NCBI RefSeq assembly: GCF_006345805.1
Contig: NC_043009.1
Location: 67,828,001 to 67,892,000 of the forward strand
Length of the DNA: 64,000 nt
Source: Octopus sinensis
Lineage: Eukaryota
Reading direction: 5' to 3'
Shown here: positions 1 through 64,000 of the stretch, piece by piece
Position numbering within the stretch: the first letter of the stretch is position 1
Layout of the letters: each line of letters opens with the position of its first letter
Program-made: the position numbers and the translations under genes
The notes under the pieces: model-generated
Database searches by the model: none
What the model was told of the DNA's origin: nothing
Seen by the model: the letters and a program-made list of their open reading frames with translations, nothing else

Positions 1-43
1 TTCTTTCAAAATATTTTCTTTCGCAACTTACTCAAGATCTTTT

Positions 44-262
44 GTTTTTTATAAATAAATGGGAGAGAGACAGATAGAGAGAGATATATAGTAAGAGAAC
101 GCGAGGGAGAGTCCGAGAGAAAGGAAGAGTAAGAGAGTGGGAAAGTGAGAGAGAAAGGAGAGAGAAACAAAGAGGGAAAATGCGATGATAAAAAACAGAA
201 AGGAAGCAACAGAAAGTAACAACCACACCCTCACCCGCGCGTAGAGCGAGTCACCTTAAGCT
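44..262 (-). repeat. unclassified interspersed repeat, copy 1
   Basis: Reverse complement matches 37383-37598 (AAGCTTAAGGTGA..CTCTACGCGCGGGTGAGGGTGTGGTTG..CT-rich body). Confidence 0.8.
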
Positions 263-3200
263 AGTTCAATATATAAAGTGATTTGTGCTTATTTGAAAGG
301 ATGTGTCCGTTGTGGCTTCTTGAATCTTAACTATGAGTTTTATTCGTGTACTTGTTCACACAATCAAAGAAGGGTAAAAACATGATAATATCCTTTTTAC
401 TCTAGGAATAGACCTGAAATTTGAGGGGAGGGGGACTAGTCGTTTATATCCTCCTCCAGTGCTCGACGTAGTTTTTCGAGATAAATATACAAGCAAATAT
501 ATTTAGAAACACGTCATGATATGACTGTTTAACAGCACTGGACCCTTTATTTGTTCCCAGGAACAAAAACAAATAAGGAGTCCTATGTGGGTGTGTAGAG
601 AGCCTACTGATTAATAAGGTGCTTAAATTCCGGCTTTTTTTTAAAAATAAATGATGGAGTGTTCGGGAAAGTGGGAAGTGGATGAGTTCTACAGGAGGAG
701 TCGGAAGTGCCTTAAGTCGGGGTGTTAGAGAAGTAACGTGATAGAATTGTTGATGAGGTGGGGGAAGAAAAAGCTGTTGGTGGTGGAGCGGACAAGGAAT
801 AAAGGGCAGAAATGCTGTCGACATCGTTTGCTCAAATGCTTGCAGCCTCGATTACTGCTCGGTGAAACCCACGCCGTATAAAGTGATGGACGATACATTA
901 AACACTGAGTTGCTTTTGTTATTGATATTGTTGTTGTTGTTGTTGTTGTTGTAGCTCTGTTTACTTGTTTAGCCCCAGTTCGAGTGACCACGTAGTGCAC
1001 TCCTCCCTCATTAACACGTGAAATCAAATTTAATGTCTGTCCCGTGTGGTCCAACTTCTTTCGTTACCCCCCACCTACCCACCCAACCAGTTCCAGCAGA
1101 CAACACCTTGGCTCGTCCCCAACCTCATCAACGATCGAACCTGCTGCCAACATTCGCTGTATTATGCACATTTTGTTTTTTCCTCACTGCTTTTGGTCTT
1201 CTGGCAAGTTGTATGGCGTGTCTCTGTCCATACAAGTTTCCATGTATAAGAATTAAAAGGTGGGAAAGAGAGAGAGAGGGGGAGTGGGATGAGGCAGAGA
1301 AACAGAAAAGGATAGAAAAATCGAAAAGAGTGGAAAGACAGAGACAGAGAGAAGAATAGAAAGAGTTAGAGAGAGAGAGAGAGGGTGGGAGGGAGAGAGA
1401 GAGAACGGAGAAAGAATGAGATTTGTGTGAAATAGTTAACAAAGCGGTGCTGTTCCTATTGGCATGAGTCTCTTTTTGGAAATTGTTCTTTCTCAGACAA
1501 TTTCCGGTAGAATTAAACTAATTCATTCACACGCACATAAATCATCTCCTACTCTTACACCTCTTTCTCTTTTTCCTTCTTTTCCTTCTCCTTCTCCTTC
1601 TTCTTCTTCTTTTTTTTCCTTGTCTTTTTCTTTCTGATGAGGATGTTTTTGTTGTTCTTGTTGATTTTCTTTTTGTTCTTATTCTTGTTTATTATTTTTC
1701 TTCTTATACTTCTGGCTCTCATGATTTTTGTTCCATTTCCTTCTTCTTCTTCTTTTTCTTATTCTTATTCTTCTTATTTTTCTTCTTCTTCTTCTTCTTG
1801 ATGTTGTCGCTGATGTCAGAATCAATGTGCTGATTTGATCAAACGCAGTGTGCACTCCGTTTAGCTTGGCCTTCATTACAAAGGGCCGCTATTCAGTTTC
1901 CTTACTAAGTTCTATAATGCATTTATTTCCCTTCGTCTCAAAATCAATGCAGTTTGGGGTTTGGGAGAATTAAAGGTCAACAAACAAGAATAGATCAATA
2001 ACATTTTGGTCGTGTTCCCTGCTACCTATAACTTTGATATTTTTATGTGTATATCGATAATGATTATTCATTGATAAATGAAGACTGCAAAAATATTCCT
2101 CAATCCTAGATGAGAGATCAATAAAGATTGCTTATATAAAGTAAAGAGAGAAGTGGGATGCGATGGTGTTGTTGTTGTTCTTTTCCAAATGATGCTTATT
2201 TAAGAATTAAATGAACATTCCTCATTTCTACAAACACGTTTCTGAATCGATCTTTCAGCATTGTAGCTTTGAGAGTTTTACATACATTCTCTAAGTGAAA
2301 GATGGTACGTTCTTACTTTTGGCGTTTTTACTTCTTATACAAACCTATAGAACTATATTAATACTAAACTATATAACTATATTTGTTTAGAATACAATTA
2401 GATTATTTCATAAACATTGAAGGACTTAAATATCTCTTACTATTTTTTTACATACGAACTCGGGTTTCTGTTTAGTATACTGGATTGTTTGTAAGCTAAT
2501 TTTTCAGCCATTAATCACGGCGCAGCAACGTTAATAAAATATGAGCCACCGGCCCATCAGCTTCTTTTCCTTTACACAATCAGTTCAGTAGTTTCCGACT
2601 CTTGGATGATCAACGATTATTTCTTAATTTGACACAAGTCTAGTTGACTTAACTTACGCCTTGGTTCATAACTGACAGAGACATTCCAATGTCTTTTAGA
2701 TGGTCAATATTCCAATATTCTACAGTCCTATAAATTCGAGGTCTGTCTCTTTAGCGATAAATCAATGTTTCCAACATCATATTTTTCTTTAAATTGCTTC
2801 GATTAAACCTTTCAATAATCCAATGAATGGAATTATGGAAGAACGTAATTGGTTTCGTATGATTACGAAATAAAAATCTGACGTTTTTGTTTTGTTTTTT
2901 GCTTTTTGTTTGTTTTTTTGGTTTGGTTATTTTTACAATAGTAATATAAATGTAATAACTTGATTTCAGCTAAAAATCGAACTGGATTACTTTTGCATAT
3001 CTTATTATTCGACCCTTCCGACTAAACAAATGGATTATCGATGGTTAATTGGAGGTCAGTGACCACAAAGATTCATTTAACAGATACCACAATACGTTGA
3101 ACGAAAACTTTCCTTCAGTTAACTTTTGACAAATACAAATTTCGTAGCCATAAAATTAGAAAATATAAAATTAATGCAGTCTCTTTTCTAATTTCCGCTA

Positions 3201-3404
3201 AACGTCAAAATAACAATAGCATATTACAAATAGGTGCAGGCTTAAGTGTCTAGCCGTGATGTTCACTTCACAATCACATCGTTCCAGATTCGATCTCGCG
3301 AGAGAATCTTGAGCATCATGTGTATACTATAACAGCCTCGGATTGACTAATAAATTAGCTGTAGAAGTTGGTAGACGGAAATGTTCGAAACCCCAACGTA
3401 TATA

Positions 3405-3443
<39 letters not shown>

Positions 3444-3651
3444 GGGTGAAATTAATTAATTAAGAAGTAATCAATAATTTCACCAAGTAGAATTCGGCAT
3501 GAAAAAAGACCATTTTGGCTTTAGCTTTGCTTTGGTTTTTCTGGGAACTCCCTTTAAAGTAGAAGGAATAGCTAAGATTTTTTGACTGCTATTTCTAAAC
3601 TTCGGTGTGTGGTGAAGCAAATCGTTGCTGAACCCTAATTATATAGTATAT

Positions 3652-3691
<40 letters not shown>

Positions 3692-4469
3692 CTTTATTTA
3701 AAGCAGCAAAAAATTCAACAAAATCTGTTACTCTGAGTTTCTCGTTGCCGTTCATCAGACAGTTTTTGCTATATATATATATACCACTACTAATATAGGA
3801 TGAAGTTATTTTTACAGAAAAAAATTCCATCAAAAAAGTGGCAACATATTAAAATACCTTTAAAGGTTAAAATTATAAACTACTTATAAACAAGGGCAAA
3901 AAAAATTATTTCTATGCCAATATGCTAATAACAGACTTTTAAATCGTCAATTTCCACATATTATTATATACCCACTACAGAAATTCTGATACATTCATAC
4001 GTTCACACAAATTTTTCCCCACCAAACACTCGCTACATCACAGCTAACTCAGGATTAGAGGCACCAGGAGCATAACTCTTGCAAAATCCCTCGCATAATT
4101 GTCCTCCGAGATTTCGATTCGTCTTTTTTTACTGCACACCTCAAACCGGATATGATGCGTTATTACATCTAATATCAGAGAGAGATCGCGATATTTATTT
4201 CTATATTTGCCACCTATGAAGCGTGTATTGGACAACAGTCCCGTTATCTAATATCCCGTCAGCTAATATCCGATACGAAAACGACTTTTAAAATCTGCTA
4301 TAATGGATCAATAATACTGTAATTTTTTGATAAATATACACTCGATTGACAAATATACGAGTCTGTATATTTTACTTATTGATTCTTAAGTGGATGAAAA
4401 TGTGTGTGTGCGTATGTGTGTGCGTGCGTGTGTGTGTGTGTGTGTGTGCGTGCGTATGCGTGCGTATGC

Positions 4470-4680
4470 GCGCACCTGTGTTTCTCTCCCACCACTGCTT
4501 AAAAACCAGTGTCGATGTATGACATCCCTGTAACTTAACAGTTCGGCATTAGAGACTGAGCTAGACCAGGCTTTAAATAATCAGTACGGGAGTCGATTCA
4601 TTCGACTAAAGCTTCTTAAAGGCGGTGCTCCAGCATGGCCGCAATCTAATGATTGAAACAAATAAAAGATAAATATTAAA
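4470..4680 (+). mobile_element. SINE family B 3' half
   Basis: Ends with GGCGGTGCTCCAGCATGGCCGCA..GAAACAAATAAAAGA, as in the copy at 18464-18858. Confidence 0.75.
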
Positions 4681-4757
4681 GATTGTCCAAGAGTTCCGTG
4701 TCAAACGACCAATCAAACCGCAAACATTTTAGAAAGTCCATGAATTTTTAACGTTAG

Positions 4758-4913
4758 CGACCCCAGTGCGTAACTGGTACTTATTTCATCGGCCCCGAAG
4801 AGATGAAAGGCAAAGTCGACCTCAGCGGAATTTGAACTCACAACGTAACGGCAGACAAAATACCACTAAGCATTTCGCCCTGCGTGCTAACGATTCTGCC
4901 AGCCCGCCGCCCT
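4758..4913 (-). mobile_element. tRNA-derived SINE family A (GGCGGCGAGCTGGCAGAA head), partial
   Basis: Matches the consensus seen in >15 copies in this window; lies ~200 bp upstream of the ATG. Confidence 0.85.
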
Positions 4914-5094
4914 GAATGAGAAGAAATAACGCCAAGAAATTTAAAACATAATTCTAAATAAATTCTCTTGCGAGAAGAAACGGGCAAAATTTATTTTCCA
5001 AAAATCATCTTTGGACACATGTTTCTGCCTCATAAAACATCTCGTTTTTTTTTGCTTTATAGTCTAATTATTTTTATGTTTCTTTCTATTAAAG

Positions 5095-5117
5095 GTCAGC
5101 TGAAAAAAATAGGTGAT
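5095..5117 (+). other. probable spliced 5' UTR part of the ATG exon
   Basis: Pyrimidine-rich tract ending TTTCTATTAAAG|GTCAG 23 nt upstream of the ATG resembles a 3' splice site. Confidence 0.45.
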
Positions 5118-60798
<55,681 letters not shown>

Positions 60799-61255
60799 AC
60801 CGAGTAACAAGAAACATTTCTAAAAAATACTGAGAGAGATAAAGCTGAAGCTAACTATGACTGACTTTTAACACAATTAACAAATACCCAACTACAAGTA
60901 GGAGGCGGAAGGATAGCAAAAATAGGACGGACAACGCTATATTGTGCTAACATCTCCGCGTTTCTTTTCTCTCTCTCTTTCTCATTTGTTTTTTGCTGTT
61001 TTTACCAATTGAATCTCTATTTTAAGCAACAGCAGTCATCTTACAGAACCAAACATTTGTGTTAAATTGCTGTGATATTGTTGGAATATCTCTCTATTAC
61101 TTTTTATTCATTTTCCTGGGTTTTTTTTTATCTGGAAAACATTTTATTTGTTTCCTTAAAGGGATTTACCAACACTCAATATTTGATTGAAAAAAAAAAC
61201 GGCAACTACTACGAAACAAAAATCGGAAAAACCATGAGGTGGAGTTAAAATTTGC

Positions 61256-61298
<43 letters not shown>

Positions 61299-61972
61299 CT
61301 ATTATACAAGGGAAAACTTGTTTTCTGTCTCTTTTTCTCTAACTTCCATTTTTCCATTTCTTTTTTGTTAATTTGTAAAGTTTGTTTTGTTTTTTTCTTT
61401 CGAGAGGCTGACGTCAGTTGAAATTCTGGCTAATCCTAAGAAGAGAGAGAATGTATCACTGAATAAGAACAAAGCAGAGATTCAAAAGTTCCGGTTGCTT
61501 TCAGGTACATTTATTGACCAATCACAGCAATCCGAGGTTCATCACGTGTGTCTTTCGATAAATACAATAGTAAGATTCCCTCACTCTGTTGCTCCAGCTC
61601 CGATTCCGGGATGAAAACAGACAAAAAAAAAACCTACACGCAAGTTAACTCAAAAACCTATTGAACATTGCAGACGACAAATATTCTCTTATTGATACTT
61701 CTCATATTGTTTGTTACTGTTACTGTTACTGGGTTTTTTTTATTGATTCACATTATTTATTCCTTCTTCTTTTTTTTTAAATCGAGGTTTCAAAACGAAG
61801 AAAAACACAAAAACAGTTGCTCTATGATCTAAAACCAATTTCTTTCATACATTTTTTTTTTTAATATTTTAACGTTCCTCATTTTTTTCTATTAAGTTGT
61901 TTTAATTCAAATATATTTTATTCAGTTTTTGTTTAATACTACTAATGTTGTTGTGATTAATCATCATTATTA

Positions 61973-61979
<7 letters not shown>

Positions 61980-62039
<60 letters not shown>

Positions 62040-62048
62040 CATTATTAT
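61980..62048 (+). repeat. (ATT)n microsatellite
   Basis: Direct reading. Confidence 0.95.
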
Positions 62049-62394
62049 GTTATTGTTTATCTTGTTCTTTTGTTCTTGTTAATATCTAAAGGGAGCTTTA
62101 GAATAACTTATTGAAAAATCTCGTCTTCAAGTGGAATCATTTGGAGACTTTTGAACAAATTTGCTTGACGAAAATTATTTCGAGTGTTTAAACCATTCCT
62201 AACCACTTTTCAATCATATAAATAACAAGTATGCTCTATATCTACTCTACAATGAAACATGTGTGTAATATCTATCTATCTATATATATATATATATATA
62301 CATATATATATCCATAAGCATATAGATGTGTATAGATAATACATATATGTGTGCGCATATACGTATATATGGTGTTATATATATACATATATAT

Positions 62395-62441
<47 letters not shown>

Positions 62442-63239
62442 ATATATATATATATATAATATATATATTATATATATCATATTTATTAACAAATGTATGC
62501 CCAAGCTTATAACTATGCATTTCAATATGCATAAATTCATTGTACGATATACATATATAACTTAACATGAGCAATTTAGATATTTTCTTTCTTCTTTTTT
62601 TTTTCATGATTAGGTTTCATATATTTACTTCCATCCTTTTTTATAGTCACTAAAATTTACAATAACAAATTCGTCTGCCAAATACGTGTTACAGTAACTG
62701 ACAATGAGAATAGACAAAACTATCCCAACATATACGATTGTATAATATAACAAGAAAATCATAACAACTTGATGCACAGTCAACTTGTATGTGACAAATG
62801 CACAGAAATATGGAAATATGTCCAATGCTGTCGATTTAAATAAGATTATACACAGTTTTGAATTTAAACAAACAAAATTCCATTTGCAAAGTAAGATGTC
62901 TGAGATCGTCTGACAATTAGCAATGATGTTACATTTGCCGAATTTCGTAGAGGCGATAGATGAAGATATGGATAAGATCCCGGGCGGGGAAAGAAGTTTA
63001 ACAAAATTACAGAAAACAAAATGTTTTCTCTTTTGACAAAGTATTTAAAAAAGAAACTTTAAAATGTGTCAGAAAAGGGTTCTTTTAATTTTGTGTGTGA
63101 GTGTGTATATATATATGTGTGAGTGTATTTATTTGTTTCTCTGCGATAGGACGAGAAACAATAAGGGGTAAGGACTGGGAATAATTCTGCTGAGAATATA
63201 TAACACATGTCACAATCACGAATACAAAAGACAGACACA

Positions 63240-63304
63240 CATACGTTCCTCACCGAAGCAGACATACACGTATACGCATGCACACACACACACAACACAC
63301 ACAC

Positions 63305-63350
<46 letters not shown>

Positions 63351-63385
63351 CATATTATATATATAATATATATATATATATTATA

Positions 63386-63431
<46 letters not shown>

Positions 63432-63569
63432 GAACAGTAGAACATAGGCTCGAAACGTCAAAAACTTCTTCCATTTTCCTGAGCGTCAAACTAATACACC
63501 TGTCCTTGTATTTCTTTGTTGGTGGTTTGTACAATTTCGAACAATATATATATATATAGATATAATATA

Positions 63570-63615
<46 letters not shown>

Positions 63616-63672
63616 GTATGTGTGTATGTATATATATACATGTATATGTGTATGTATATATATGTATATATA

Positions 63673-63716
<44 letters not shown>

Positions 63717-63822
63717 TGTGTGTGTGCGTATGTATGAATGTATGTATGTATGTATGTGTGGTATGTAATATATACATGTATATGTGTATGTATATATATG
63801 TATATATATGCATATATATATA

Positions 63823-63861
<39 letters not shown>

Positions 63862-63920
63862 TGTGTGTGTGCGTATGTATGAATGTATGTATGCATGTAT
63901 GTGTATGTATGTTTGTATAG
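63240..63920 (+). repeat. compound (AT)n/(TATG)n/(GT)n low-complexity block
   Basis: Direct reading; the source of the YI/MY ORF artefacts. Confidence 0.9.
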
Positions 63921-64000
63921 AATTATGTATGCACCTATATCAGGATGGTGTTCCTCCTACGCTTATATTCACACTGCTATACAATGTTCGGTTGTATAGT

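Noticed and set aside
4044-4235. Possible Helitron Rep/helicase remnant (ISEDNY)
   Set aside because: Similarity too short to support.
60799-62300. Polyadenylation signal for the channel gene
   Set aside because: I could not locate a convincing AATAAA with downstream element, so the 3' UTR end is undetermined.

Overview
Eukaryotic, AT-rich, microsatellite-dense genomic DNA. The repertoire of tRNA-derived SINEs, mariner relics and (AT)n/(GATA)n/(TACA)n tracts looks like an Octopus genome; this is an inference, as no search was run. One protein-coding gene spans almost the whole window on the + strand: a pentameric Cys-loop ligand-gated ion channel of the glycine-receptor/GluCl-like anion-channel branch. 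I assembled it by hand from 8 coding exons (5118-5209, 19401-19465, 45680-45747, 47949-48175, 49567-49649, 55778-55909, 57362-57753, 60631-60798). All introns are GT-AG with matching phases 2,1,0,2,1,1,0, giving 1227 nt = 408 aa + stop. The protein has a signal peptide, a Cys-loop (CPMTLEKFPLDTQVC), a second loop-C disulfide (C-x10-C), a PAR anion filter and M1-M4. The most interesting observation is that its agonist pocket is rewired relative to GlyR/GluCl/GABA receptors. By-eye alignment shows the loop-D Arg lost, an Arg gained in loop E, the loop-B Glu replaced by Lys (an AAA codon one A-to-I edit from Glu), and acidic residues in loop C. It also has an Arg at M2 15'. It is therefore a candidate orphan chloride channel with an unknown ligand. 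The introns hold many SINEs (several with intact TSDs, dimers, arrays and swapped tails), mariner relics, CR1-like and R4/Dong-like LINE fragments, Penelope-like ends and several long fold-back elements, including an apparently perfect 385-bp palindrome. Nearly all entries of the supplied ORF track are microsatellite artefacts.
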